A stretch of DNA of 64,000 nt from Pachysolen tannophilus NRRL Y-2460 (Eukaryota). Positions 33,256 through 45,862 of this stretch are shown piece by piece. The notes below the pieces were generated by a model. That model had not been told where the DNA came from. It did not search any database and was given only the letters and a program-made list of their open reading frames with translations. Positions within the stretch are counted from its first letter, which is position 1, and each line of letters begins with the position of its first letter. The DNA is taken from the NCBI GenBank assembly GCA_001661245.1, contig KV454012.1:526147-590146 (forward strand), read 5' to 3'. Made by a program: the position numbers and the translations under genes.

Positions 33256-34192
33256 ATGTCATTAGTTGTTCAAGAACAAGGTAACTTCCAACACATTTTA
33301 CGGTATGTAATGAGTTCATGAATATTTTAAAAAAGAAAAGTGATGAAGTTGGATGTTATTTTTTTTTTTTTTTTTTTTTTTTTTATTTATTTAATTTTTT
33401 TTGTTAAGCTATTTGCTTTTCTGTTATTTGATATTTGAGTCGGAAAATCATTTGATAAATGTTTATGAATTAGAAGAAATTTTTTTCAAGAGTTTATGAG
33501 TTTTATATTGTATTTTCGATATAGTTGATTTATCATTTACCAATATGTTTTTCTGTTTATAAGGTGGGTTGTGGTTCAAAGTAATTAATAGCTTTCCCCA
33601 ATTCATAGTTTAAAAGATTTCGTATGGGAGCAAAAAGATTAAAAAAATATATGGATTGAAATTGTTTAAAGTATTTTTTTTTAATTCGAAAATCCAACCA
33701 ACATCACCATTTTTTTCTTTCTTTCTTTTTATGTTTGATATTTACAAGTTTAAAAAGTACTAACTGAAAAAAAAATTTTTTCTTTATTTTAGTTTGTTAA
33801 ACACAAATGTTGATGGTAGAATCAAGATTATGTACGCTTTAACTACCATTCGTGGTGTTGGTCGTCGTTATGCCAACTTGGTTTGTAAAAAAGCTGATGT
33901 TGATTTAGCTAAACGTGCTGGTGAATTAACTCAAGAAGAGTTGGAAAGAATTGTTACTATTATGCAAAACCCAACTCAATATAAAATTCCAGCTTGGTTC
34001 TTAAACAGACAAAGAGATATTGTTGATGGTAAAGATTACCATGTCTTAGCAAACAATATGGAATCTAAATTACGTGATGACTTGGAAAGATTAAAGAAAA
34101 TTAGAGCTCACAGAGGTATTAGACATTACTGGGGTTTAAAAGTTCGTGGTCAACATACCAAGACTACTTCAAGAAGAGGTAAACGTGTTTAA
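33256..34192 (+). CDS. RPS18: 40S ribosomal protein S18 (uS13); exons 33256-33302 and 33793-34192, 148 aa
   Basis: Exon 1 [17 protein letters not shown] splices to T-TTG to give ...[12 protein letters not shown]; near-identical to yeast Rps18. Confidence 0.97.
33303..33792 (+). other. Spliceosomal intron of RPS18 (490 nt)
   Basis: GTATGT donor at 33303, TACTAAC branch point at 33758-33764, T-rich tract and TAG acceptor ending at 33792. Confidence 0.95.
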
Positions 34193-35204
34193 ATTTTATA
34201 TATTGTGTTTCTTAAGTTAATATATATATATATATTTTTTTATATATATCAAAATGTTTTTTTTTTCCTGAAAAATGTTAGTAAAAAGTTAAACTATGTA
34301 TTTAATTAAGTTAACTAACCCATGTAGCAATTTTGCAATTTTACAAAAATTACAAGATATTTGCTACCACAACAATTTCCCTCTATTGTTAAAAAAAAAG
34401 GTTAAATCAATAATTACTACCTCTTCTTATCTTTAAAATAATTAAAAAAAAAAAAAAAAAATTCATTCTACATGAGAGGAGAAATAAATTATTAGCTAAA
34501 AGCAATGAAAAGAGGGTGTGTGACTGACTGTGAGTGACGTCTGAAAATTTAGTTTAAATAATATTTGTAAAACTTTTAAAGCGTCATTTGCAAAATAATA
34601 TAAAGTTTTCAAATGTAATAGATTATTATTTTATACAATAATAATTAAACAATAATGATATGATATTGATATTGTTATAGAAATATTTTATTCTTTATCT
34701 TCTTCTAGACTCACTTCTTGCCTCTCAAGTCGTGGAAAATTTTTTCTTATTTGAAAACTATTCATTTGGTTATCGTGATATATTGCAAGGAAAACATCAC
34801 CAAGCTGCAACCCACTCGATTCCCCATGCAGGAAAGATGCAGGCCGAGTATTCTTTATACAGCAATATAGTGAGAATCAGTTAATTATTATTTAATATAT
34901 GAATACATACTCGTATTGTAGTTTTAAATATAAGATTGAACTAATAATAATTCTCTTGTTATTTTAATTACTAATTGAATTTAATCTATTTGGTTTGTGG
35001 TTTTTGTAATCAATAAGTACAAATTTTTTAAACTTCAAATTTATATGAGATTGTTATTGACTAAAAGTTTTATCAATAACTATACAACTTTGATGTTTTT
35101 GGTGGGAATACTGTTATCCATTAGCTTAGCTTAATTTAATATCCCTATATATATATATTATTGATTGATTTGAAAAAGAAAGAAATTTGTCACTTTTAAG
35201 AAAA

Positions 35205-36089
35205 ATGGTTCAATTATTTATGGTTCATCCTGATTTGAGAGTTACTGATTGTGCAGAAGCCTGCGATATAAATTTGAAAAAATATGAGGTTAGGTATTTT
35301 ACCGCTTTGGATAATTACAACAGATTGATTGAGGGCTATGCAAAGCTCACCAGTGCTTCAGGTTCTAAAGCTTCAGGTTCTACTGCGCCGACTTCGCACC
35401 ACGGTTCTGGAACTTCTAAAGCAACAACATCATCATCATCATCATCATCATCATCAACAGCTGGTCCAAGTCGAGGTGCTGCTGGTTCTTACAAGTTTTT
35501 ACCTCCGGAGTTATCGCCACGCAGCTCAAATGCATCAGAGTCGAAAGTTCCTGTTGATGAAGATGATATCTTCAAAGAAGCTAATTTCAACGATGTCGAT
35601 ATGTCAAAGTTAACTGATAAAGACTTGCTCATCTTGAAGTATTATAAATTATTGGTTAATTACTCACATTTGGAGTATAATTATTTGAAAACTTATTGTG
35701 GAATAAATAAGATTATGAAACAATATTTTTCTAAAGCTGTACTTTCACCTGATGATGAAGAGAAAGGATTAGCATTGGTGGGGAAAGAAATGCAAAATTT
35801 TAGAATGTTGGAAAGAAAATTGGAAGCATTAAAAGATGAAAGATCTGGATATGAAGTGAAATTAAACGAAATTAAAAGAAAAGAATTAGATTACGAGAAA
35901 AGCAATATCCAAACGGCAGCAACTTCGCTTCCTGCCATTTCTGCAACTTCCGGTGGTGCTGCAGGTGGTGGTAGCGCTGGTGCTAGTGCTGGTAATAATT
36001 TTACTTCTCACAATCCGGCAATTCTAAATCCTAAAGATTTAGATGTTATTCACGAAGATTCAGAGGGTTCGCCCGGTGTTGGTTTTTAA
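35205..36089 (+). CDS. Hypothetical protein with a Ser-rich linker and a likely coiled coil
   Basis: 294-aa ORF from the first ATG (35205) with coding-like composition; poly-Ser; helical charged segment MLERKLEALKDER...LNEIKRKELDY. No family recognised. Confidence 0.7.
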   Translation: MVQLFMVHPDLRVTDCAEACDINLKKYEVRYFTALDNYNRLIEGYAKLTSASGSKASGSTAPTSHHGSGTSKATTSSSSSSSSSTAGPSRGAAGSYKFLPPELSPRSSNASESKVPVDEDDIFKEANFNDVDMSKLTDKDLLILKYYKLLVNYSHLEYNYLKTYCGINKIMKQYFSKAVLSPDDEEKGLALVGKEMQNFRMLERKLEALKDERSGYEVKLNEIKRKELDYEKSNIQTAATSLPAISATSGGAAGGGSAGASAGNNFTSHNPAILNPKDLDVIHEDSEGSPGVGF

Positions 36090-36438
36090 TCAAAAATTAA
36101 TTGGATATTGGATATTCTATTATTCATATTGATTTGAATTTTTTTAATAGCTCTTATGATGATTCACAAACACTTTATATGTCTATATATATATGTTATA
36201 CTATATGTTTATACTGATTAGGGAAAATTGGTATTTTGTTTATATTGATTGGTTTGCTTAATAGTTTTTAAAATAAATAATTTTTTAATGTTGAAACCTT
36301 GAGATAATTTGATGAGATTCAAATTGTAATTAATAACTATTTAATAAATCAAAATCCCCATATTCATAAACAAAAAAAAAAAAAAAAAAAAAAAAATAAA
36401 GAAACTGTTAGTCTTAAAACATCTAAATAAATTCTTCT

Positions 36439-38411
36439 TCATCTAAAACTACCATCAATAACAGAATTTCCTAAAGTATCACTACCAACATAAGTCCAGC
36501 CACCAAATTGTTTTTGAACACTTTCAGAAAGGAAATCATCAACAACACTGTCTGCCGGTTTTTCACTTGTGAATTCACTATCAAAGTTTGATGTATCATT
36601 TAAATCTTGAACTGGAGGTTTAAATGGTGGAATATAACCTTTTTGATTTAATTTCGTCCAATCTACATCTTGGAAAAATGGATGACTTTTAATTTCTTGA
36701 GTACCATTATATCCTAATCTCTTTGTTGGGTCTCTATTTAACAAATTTTTGATTAATGACTTGGTATTACTATCGAGAAAACTTGGGAAAGAAAGTGGAT
36801 CTTGAAGAATTTTCTTATACATTACTGAAGTATCATCATCATAAAATGGTGGTAAACCAGTTAACATCTCGTATAATAAAGTTCCCAAAGTCCAATAATC
36901 AACTACCCTTGTATAACCTTGACCCAATAATAATTCTGGAGCTAAATATTCTGGAGTACCACAAAAAGTATTTGTCTTTTCTTGTAATTTCATATTAATT
37001 TTACAAAGACCAAAATCACATAATGCAATATGTCCTTGATAATCTAATAAAATATTTTCTGGTTTTAAATCACGATAAATAATATTTAAATTATGCAAAC
37101 ATTCAATTGCTGAAAGTAATTCGGATATATAAAATTTAGCTCTAACCAATGAAAATCTTCTTGATTGTTGTAAATGATAAAATAATTCACCTCCATTAAT
37201 GAATGCTAAGACTAAATAAAGTTTTTCTGGTGATTGGAAGGCAAATTTTAAAGGAACTATAAATGGATTATCAACTTTTGAAAGAACAAATTTCTCTGCT
37301 AAAGTGTGAGTAACTTCCATCTTACTAACAATATGTGTTTTTCTAATACTTTTCAAAGCATAAATTTTACCTGTATCAATTTTTCTAACTTGCATAACTT
37401 TCCCAAATGAACCTTTTCCAATAACTTTTAACAAATCAAAATCATTAATAGTCAATGATTTTTTTGGTAAATATTTAAAATCAATGGTTAAATTAACAAA
37501 TCCCATTGACAATTTACTGTATGGATTAATAATGCTTACCCACTCATGATTTATTAATCTTGTACCTTTTTCATTATTGCTTAAATTTTTATTACTCAAG
37601 GGAATTTTACAATTACCTATTAGTATATCCTGTTGTAAGCTATTATTTGGTTGATGAACTTTTTGTTGTTGATCAAATTCATCATCTGATTTTGATTGAT
37701 CATCTTCTGGTATTAACATTCCAGGTAATCTAGCAAATACTTGAACATTTAAATAATTTAAAGAATTACTAACATCAAAAGTAGTAACATTATTAAATTT
37801 TGGAGAATGAATTGTACTTCCTGAAGACTCTATCGTTTCTGTATTATTATCAAATTCAACAATTAAATATAATAATGCTTTCTTAGTAGATGTAGTTGGA
37901 CTATTATTAATATAATTATTGGTAGTTGGTATCGAAGCTAAAGAAGGTAATGATTGAGTCATTAATAAACCAACATCAGTTTTTTTATAATCATTATTAT
38001 TGTTAGCAACAAATAACAATTGATCTATAGTATTTTCCAAAGTTTCTGTATCAACACCTACACCAGTTTGAGCTAATTTTGATAATACTGGTTTATTAAT
38101 TTTTAAAGGAATTGGTAATCTAATATTATTCCCATTATAAATTTTCACTGTTAACAAACCTGGTCTTGCCTTTGATGTTGCAGAAGATGTGGATGACACT
38201 GATTTCTCTGGACCTGTTGCTACTGGGTTAGGATTTGGAATAGGCAGTACAACTTGAATAGGATTATTATTATCTAGTTCCGCGGTAATAACATTATTAT
38301 CAGCACCATTTCCTAAATTTAAAGATTCCATTTGATTATTTAAATTCCCATTACTTGTCACTGTATTGGCGGAATTTGTTGAAGTTGCACTTTGAGTTAA
38401 TGTCAAATTTC

Positions 38412-38442
<31 letters not shown>

Positions 38443-38709
38443 ATTTTTCAAATCGCCATTATTTAATTCATTATTAGTATTTTTAGTAATAGTCTTTCTA
38501 GATTCATCATCAAAATTATCGGTATTTACCATCAGTGTTTTGTTTGGTAAGAATGAAGAATGTGCTGAGCCTTGTGGCGTCACGGAATCTGATAATTTCA
38601 ATGAAGATTCAGAAGAATTTGATGATTTTGCAATATTACCGCCGTTACCATTATTAGTAACAGTATGACCAGTTGCCTTTGATTTTAATTTTTTCCAAGA
38701 GGATAACAT
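36439..38709 (-). CDS. YPK1: AGC kinase Ypk1/Ypk2 (SGK-like) with an N-terminal C2-like region
   Basis: FDLLKVIGKGSFGKVMQVRK, EVTHTLAE, HIALCDFGLCK, TFCGTPEYLAPE, turn motif DSVVDD.LSESVQ, hydrophobic motif FGGWTY. Confidence 0.95.
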
Positions 38710-38806
38710 TTTAAATCACAAAACACACTCCTCTATATATGAAAAAAAATTCCTTGAATTACTAAATACCTGAAAAACCTTTCAATTTTAACCCAAAACC
38801 AATTAA

Positions 38807-38843
<37 letters not shown>

Positions 38844-40353
38844 GATTTATATTGAGAAATATAAATATAGTATTCTGTTTACTACTTACTACTATTAGCT
38901 TACTAGCAGTTGAGGTGTGCTGTACTGTTTTCGGAAACAACTCGTAATCTCAAATTGCCGAAATTCCGCTAAATGCACGCAAAACGCGGTGCGCTTAAAT
39001 GTGCGTAGGAGTGTGCGCTTATCAATACGCTTACTCAACCGTGGTATGTGTATAGCTCATATATATGGTCTTCATAACAGATCTGAAAACTTTAAGTGCC
39101 ACACACACACACACTCACTCACTCACATTTCTAGGTTAGTTTTTTTTTTTTTTTTTTTGTTTAAAAAAAAAAAGTGAACCCACACCACCTATCATTTATT
39201 AAATAAATACCATACTTAACTTTTATATGGCCCTTGTATAAGTATGATGCATAAGTGAATTTCATGTAATAAGAAGAAGTACATTAATAATAAATTTTAA
39301 ATAGTATTGTAATTGAAAATTAAAAATTGCTTCAAAGATTTGATACCGACATGCAAATATGATATGGCCAAGAGCCAAGACTAAATTTTTTTTTTTGTTG
39401 TTTTGTTGTTTTGTTTATCTATGTTTTAATTTCTCTAGTGCAATTGCTCGCGCGTAATTTTGATAATCACATGAAACAATGCACACTAGGTACTCTCAAT
39501 TACTTTAAAAAAAATCAATCACTCTTACTACTACAGTAAATGAATTTGCTCATCGAATACACGACGACGTAATTCTATAGTATACTATAGTATACTATTC
39601 TATGCTATGCTAGATAATATAAAATATAGTTTCTGGATCTTAAGTTTTAGCTCGCAATCGCTTAGAGAAAATCGATGACTAAGTTTGTGGGCACGAGGTC
39701 AACAACAGATATTTGAGTTAAAAAAAGAAAGAAAAAAAAATAGGTCCACAGAATGAACCAATTTCCAAAATCACACCAAGATATATAATCTAGCTTTCCT
39801 AGGCAAGATGAATATAACTTGTAAGTGTAATATGAACGAGCAATTTACAAGAAGTTGACAAAGAAAGAAAGAAAGAAAAAAAAAAATTGCGTTATTAAAC
39901 TATTAACTAATAAACTATTAAACTATTGCTCTCTGATTAGCAAGGAATATAACCGTTGGTAGAAGAAAAAGTATTAAAGAAAGGGGCAAATTTCGACTTT
40001 TTTTATTTTTTTTTATTTTTTCTGACCTTTTTAATAATCTTGACCAATATAGAATTTCAACCCATTTTGCATTTTAGACATGGAAAAAGGAAAAAAAAAT
40101 TTTTTTTCTTCTTTTTGACCAAGTTAAAATAGATACGAAATAAAAAAAAAAACCATCAGCCTGCACGTTGAGATTTTTAGGGAAAAAAAACGGTTTTTTC
40201 GAGATTTACTCCGATCTTGTAGCTCTAGAATTTTTGGGTATATTTCATAGCGGATGCGCGGCGATCTTTGCATTCCACGCGGCATCCGTTAGTTTTTTTT
40301 ACTTCGAGATCCAAAAGGGAACCAAAAGAAACCGTGAAGAATTCGCTGGCGCA

Positions 40354-40389
<36 letters not shown>

Positions 40390-40982
40390 TTTGCTTTTTT
40401 TGTGGATCCCATTATCTTTCCCAAGTTTAAATTTTCTCTTTCTCTTTTTTTTTCTCTCTTTTTTCTTTTTTCTTTTTTTTTGACATTTCTGTGTTTCTAC
40501 TAGTTAAAAGGGAAATTAAAGAGTGGGTTTTTCTTTTTCTGCCTTATAAATATCATTTAATACCCGTTTTCTAGAAATAGTGTGGATAGTAGTACTATTT
40601 AGCAAACGCAAATACAAAAAAGATAGATAGATAGATATATAGATAAAAAGTACCAGCAACCGTTAATTTTAGAGCATTTTAGATCTACATAAAAGTAATA
40701 AAAAAAAAGTTTAAAATATCAGCATTTTTTTTTTTTTTTTTGTCTCAATTTTTTTTTTCTTTCTTTATATATACTTTTCCCATCAAAGCAAGATTGCACA
40801 AAGAAGAGGAACTGACAGCAAGAAAGTAGAATCATATATATATATATTTATATATATATAACTACTAGACATTCTTTTTGAAATAGAGGAAGTTTTTTTT
40901 TTTTTTTTTTTTGCTAAGTTTTTTCAAGGTATTATTATTATTAAAAGAAATTAGATTTTCATTTTCATATTGATTGTTGTGA

Positions 40983-42026
40983 ATGGTGCATTATCCAATA
41001 AGATCAAAACCAATAAGTATATGTGTGCTAGGTGACATTGGTGTTGGGAAATCTTCGTTGATTTTACAGTTTGTTCAATATCATTTCCCCGAAGATTATG
41101 ACCCATATATTGAAGATACATATAGACGAGAATATCAAGTTCAAGGTCAAGATTGTATATTTGAAATCTTGGACACTGCTGGTATTGAAGAATATTCAGA
41201 AACAAGAGAAAATCAAATAGCAGCAGCAGATCTGATTATACTTTGTTATAAGATAACTTCAAAAGAATCAAGCGATTTAGTTACAATTTTACATCAACAA
41301 ATTTTAAGATGTAGAGAACAAATTCCACCAATTATTCTTGTTGGGACAATGTCGGATTTAGAAGATCAACGTCAATTATCTTATGAAGAAGGTGAATCTT
41401 TAGCTCATCAATTAAATATTGGTATTTTTTTCGAATGTAGTGCTAAAATGAGAATTAACGTTGATGAATGTTTTATTAAAACAGCAGAAGAAGTTTTAGC
41501 TATAAAAAAATTTCCTGAAATTTCGGATTTAAGTGATGATGCCAATGAAAGTGATGTTGAAGGAACAAGCACTTCTCCAATCGCTGGCACTGCTGCTATT
41601 GCTACTGGTTCTACTTCTACTTCTGCATTAAATCGTCCAGGTAGTAACACAAAAAACTCACAACAAGAAAGACAACTGTCTCAACATCGTCATACACAAA
41701 GCAATGCGTTAACTAACCCAATCGCTTCATCTACATCAAAGGCTAATAATAGAGACTCAATCATCAGTCAAAGACAAAGACAAAGACAATTTTCTCCACA
41801 ACAACAACAACAACTACAACAACAAGAAGGACAAGAAGGACAAGGACAACAAGGACAACAAGGACAAGGACAAGGACAAGGACAAAAACAGGGACGAGGA
41901 CAGCATCAACAACAAGAGTTTCAACTGCATCAGGGACAACCACAACAATCTCATCTCCACAATCAGCAACCCCACAATGAAGAATCATCTAATAGACTTT
42001 CAAGTAGATGTTGCTGCATTATGTAG
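40983..42026 (+). CDS. Atypical Ras-family small GTPase with a long Q/G-rich tail and CAAX
   Basis: G1 GDIGVGKS, effector YDPYIEDTYR, G3 LDTAGIEEY, G4 VGTMSDL, G5 ECSAK; ends RCCCIM. Confidence 0.85.
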   Translation: MVHYPIRSKPISICVLGDIGVGKSSLILQFVQYHFPEDYDPYIEDTYRREYQVQGQDCIFEILDTAGIEEYSETRENQIAAADLIILCYKITSKESSDLVTILHQQILRCREQIPPIILVGTMSDLEDQRQLSYEEGESLAHQLNIGIFFECSAKMRINVDECFIKTAEEVLAIKKFPEISDLSDDANESDVEGTSTSPIAGTAAIATGSTSTSALNRPGSNTKNSQQERQLSQHRHTQSNALTNPIASSTSKANNRDSIISQRQRQRQFSPQQQQQLQQQEGQEGQGQQGQQGQGQGQGQKQGRGQHQQQEFQLHQGQPQQSHLHNQQPHNEESSNRLSSRCCCIM

Positions 42027-42133
42027 GAAAAAAAAAAAAGTTTTTTTTTCTTTTAGACATTCATTTATTTGGCTTTGTAACTGTGCTATTAGTATTTTAT
42101 TATTTTTTTTATTATTCGTTTCATTTGTTTTCA

Positions 42134-42165
<32 letters not shown>

Positions 42166-43950
42166 GATTTAATCAATTCAACACTAATTGACAACTCTTA
42201 ATTTTCATTTCACGTTTATTCTCTCTTTGCTCTGGTTTTTTTTTTTTTTTTTTCCTTTCTTTCTTTCTTCTATGTGTATTTTCTATCTTTTTTTCTTGTT
42301 TTTGTAATAATTTTTTTATGAATGGAAAGTGAAAAAAAAAAAAAAAAAAAAAAAATGGGAATTTAAAAGTTGTCAATAGGCAGTAACTTTTAACAAGTAG
42401 ACTATTTGATCATATTAAAAATAAAATAAAAAAAAAAAGAGGTTTAATTTACTACTACATTAATTAAGGCTAATAATAATTAAATCTTAATTAGCCAAAG
42501 GTTATCTATCCGTATGCATCTATATATTTGTAATGTTTTGCGTTTTTAAATATAAGTCCATAACCGAGATTTCTGAAAAACGTTATTTTTTCTATCTCGT
42601 AAGACCCAATTCGAGGTAATTGACGGTTAACTCAAATTTCTCAAAATTCTGAGTTTTAAATCTCATCGCATGAAAAACAAGGGACAAGATGCTTCATTTG
42701 CATTACAAAGGTTTATAAGATTAAAGTTATCTACAACATTCAAAGTGTAGTGCTACCCTTTTCGATAAACTTAACAATAAATATTGAGAGAATTATTATT
42801 ATTCTTTTACTTTAATTCATAAACATTAGTTATTGATTATGTCTAGGCTTTAAAGTTACCCGTCTGCACTATTGCTCCACTAATTTCCCTTTACGGAATA
42901 TTAGATGCTCTCATCGTCATCTTTCTTTTTTTTTTTTTTTTTTCTTTTCTTGTGTCTCTTTACAGATATTTGAATCACTCACGAAATCATTACATTGATT
43001 TATTGATAAAGTATTTTTTTATAGATCATTGCTTAATATAATTTCCGCTAAACGCATGTAATAACAACGTGAAAAGAAAGATTTTTTTTTTTTTTCAATT
43101 ACAGAGATACAATATACAATCTTATCCACGATACTCAGATAACATAGTTCATTCGCTTGTATATTGCAAAAAGAAATGAAAAATAACACCATCTGTTTAA
43201 CAAGAATTAAAAATCAACAGATACAAATTTGTATAATATGACTAACTAAAGTTTCCACCGGTGAAAAGCGATCACGAGCCTAATATTTATGTTTTAGATA
43301 ACTAACAGTTTGAAAAAAAAATTTTTTTATTTTTTTATCACAAACTTTTCAAAGCCTTTCATATCTGGATAGTTCGCCGTTAACGCTCTATGATAATTTA
43401 TTGGGGAGGGGAGGGAGCTGGAGAATGAGAACGGGAAAAATCCTCCGGCTTCATTGAACCCCACCTTCTCTCCTTCCTACCTCCTATTATTGTAAAACCA
43501 TTGAATCAATTAACATTAAAAACACAAATTTACTTGTTTTTTTTTTTTATCTATGACTACTTACCCCATTGAGTTTTAATTCAAGCAATTTTGAAGCAAG
43601 TGCTTTCTGTGTGTTTTCAATAAAGGGTCCAACGCTTTGACATTCAGCACCGGTGAAGGCAATTGTTTTGTGCTTTTGAGAACTACCATTTGAAAAAAAA
43701 TAAATACTCCATCCTGTTTAGAAAGGTGCATTGTACATTGGATTACTCACAGAATCTACCAGTTTCCCTTTAAATATGGTTCTTTTCCCTTCCTTCAAAG
43801 AAAAAGTCTTTTAATTGTCTTTGAATATTGGAAATTGATATTTAATTAAAGACTCTATTGTGAAATAATCAAAGTTTTAATTTTCTTTTCCTTTTTTTTT
43901 TGGTTTTGGTTTTTGTTTTATCAGAAAGAAAGAAAAAAGCGGTATTAAAG

Positions 43951-45510
43951 ATGAGTCTTGAAGAACTGAAAGAACTGAATAAAGATGCAAATGAGTCAAA
44001 TGCAAACTCTGGGTCAGTATCTGGGTCGGATTTTGAAGTTGAGAAACAAATTGCTGAAGAAGGAGAGTTCAATGAAGAACAGAAACAACTTAGGATCGAT
44101 GAGTTGGCGGAAAAATATGGTGTTAATCAAAAAAAATTGATGCTCAAAATAGATTTTTGCGTTATTCCACCATTTTGTTTATTATATTTCTTATCATTTT
44201 TGGATCGTATCAATATTTCAAATGCTAAACTTTATGGTTTAAGTACTTCGTTAAATTTAGAAGGAAATCAATTTAACACTGCGTTAACCGTTTTCTTTGT
44301 TCCATATATTTTTTTTGAAATTTTATCCAATTATTGCATTAAACTTGTTAAGCCGCATATATGGTTAAGTGTATGTATTTTTTGTTTTGGAGTTGTCACT
44401 ATCGGTATGGGTTTTACAACAAATTTTGGCGGTTTGGTAGCATGTAGATTCTTATTAGGTTTATTTGAAAGTGCTACTTTCCCGCTGATATTTTATATCT
44501 TGGCAAATTTTTATACAAGAAATGAATCTCAAAGAAGATTTTCAGCTTTCTTTAGTGTTGTATGTCTTGCTGGTGCATGTGGTGGTGCCTTGGCTTACAG
44601 AATCGGTGTAGACTTGGATGGTGTCCATGGCATATCTTCATGGCAATATATTTTCATAATTGAAGGTACTTTTACAGCTGGTTTAGCATTTCTTTTATTT
44701 TTCACCATAACAGATTTTCCTGAACAGGCAAGTTTCTTATCTCAAAATGAAAGAGATTTTATTAAGGAAAAATTAGCAATTGCTAGTGGAACAGATTCAG
44801 GATTTGAAATTCATAATACTTTAAAAGATGTCATAAATACATTGAAAAGTCCTATTGTATGGATTCCTACATTTGGATATTTTTGTTTGATTATTCCATC
44901 TTACGGATATGCTTATTTTGCACCAACTATTATCTCTCAAATGGGTTACACGGGAATGGAAGCTAATCGTCATTCTATCTATCCATGGTTAGTTGCTTTT
45001 GGATATTCAAACTTTTTTGGTTATATTTCTGATAGAACTTCAAAGAGGATGCCATTTGCAGTCTTTTCATCACTTTTGGCTATTGTTGGATTGGCAATTA
45101 CTTTAGGCTGTAAGTCAAACCCCCAAGCAAGATATGCAGGATGTTTCCTTAGTGTCACTGGTTTATATACACTGATGCCATTGTTAGTTTGTTGGGCATC
45201 TTTGAATTTTGGAGGCCATCTGAGGAAAGGTGTTGGATCTGGTGCAATGATTGGTTTTGGTAACATTGGTGGTATCATTTCTACTTGGATTTTCTTGTCA
45301 AAGGATGCACCAACTTACAAGCCGGGACTTGCAACTTCAATTGCTTTCACTGCTTTATCTGTTTTCACCATGATTGGATTTCAATATTATTGTCGTTATC
45401 AAAATAATCAGAAAAAATCTGCTGCTTACTTAGAAAAGTTTGATCTGCTTTCAGACGAAGACAAGGTCAAAGCCGGAGATTTAAGTCCACATTTTGTTTA
45501 TGGTTATTGA
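43951..45510 (+). CDS. MFS transporter, allantoate/nicotinate permease (ACS, Dal5/Tna1) family
   Basis: LMLKID..VIP, LSFLDRINISNA, RFLLGLFE, WQYIFIIEG, DFPE.A.FL...ER, GNIGGIIS, C-terminal GDLSPHFVY. ATG at 43951. Confidence 0.9.
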   Translation: MSLEELKELNKDANESNANSGSVSGSDFEVEKQIAEEGEFNEEQKQLRIDELAEKYGVNQKKLMLKIDFCVIPPFCLLYFLSFLDRINISNAKLYGLSTSLNLEGNQFNTALTVFFVPYIFFEILSNYCIKLVKPHIWLSVCIFCFGVVTIGMGFTTNFGGLVACRFLLGLFESATFPLIFYILANFYTRNESQRRFSAFFSVVCLAGACGGALAYRIGVDLDGVHGISSWQYIFIIEGTFTAGLAFLLFFTITDFPEQASFLSQNERDFIKEKLAIASGTDSGFEIHNTLKDVINTLKSPIVWIPTFGYFCLIIPSYGYAYFAPTIISQMGYTGMEANRHSIYPWLVAFGYSNFFGYISDRTSKRMPFAVFSSLLAIVGLAITLGCKSNPQARYAGCFLSVTGLYTLMPLLVCWASLNFGGHLRKGVGSGAMIGFGNIGGIISTWIFLSKDAPTYKPGLATSIAFTALSVFTMIGFQYYCRYQNNQKKSAAYLEKFDLLSDEDKVKAGDLSPHFVYGY

Positions 45511-45862
45511 AGATGGTTTTAATGTTTAATAATTCCTGTTTTACGCAAATTTTATAATTTTTGATTGTTTTTTAGAAATCTAGTTGTTCTTTGCTTTTTA
45601 CTATTGTGTTTTTCTTTTATAAGAGAATGAACCTTTTAATTTTTGAAAAATATTGCAATAATAATAATAATAATAGTAGCAGAAGTAGAGTATATTTTGA
45701 GGCATAGCTAGCTGATTGCACAAAGTGATAAAATATTTAATATCAATACATTACCCACTACGTTATATAATACATAATAAAATGAATAAAAGAGTAAAAA
45801 GCAAAAAACATTATATGACATTTATGAGTGAGGATGAAAAGGAAAACTTCTCACTAAACTCA

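Noticed and set aside
34814..34849. Small GC-rich hairpin ACTCG...CGAGT in intergenic DNA
   Set aside because: Too short to separate from chance; no tRNA or snoRNA boxes.
38970..39030. GC-rich patch with GTGCGCTTA twice upstream of YPK1
   Set aside because: Probably promoter sequence, but I cannot assign a factor; the overlapping 86-aa ORF has a GTG start and ends in homopolymer runs.
40168..42376. Short Phe- or Lys-rich ORFs flanking the Ras gene (40168, 40268, 41977, 42000, 42173)
   Set aside because: They are translations of poly-T and poly-A tracts.
43403..43485. G-rich purine tract followed by a pyrimidine tract (possible hairpin or G-quadruplex)
   Set aside because: Pairing is imperfect, there are only three close G-runs, and no ncRNA hallmark is visible.
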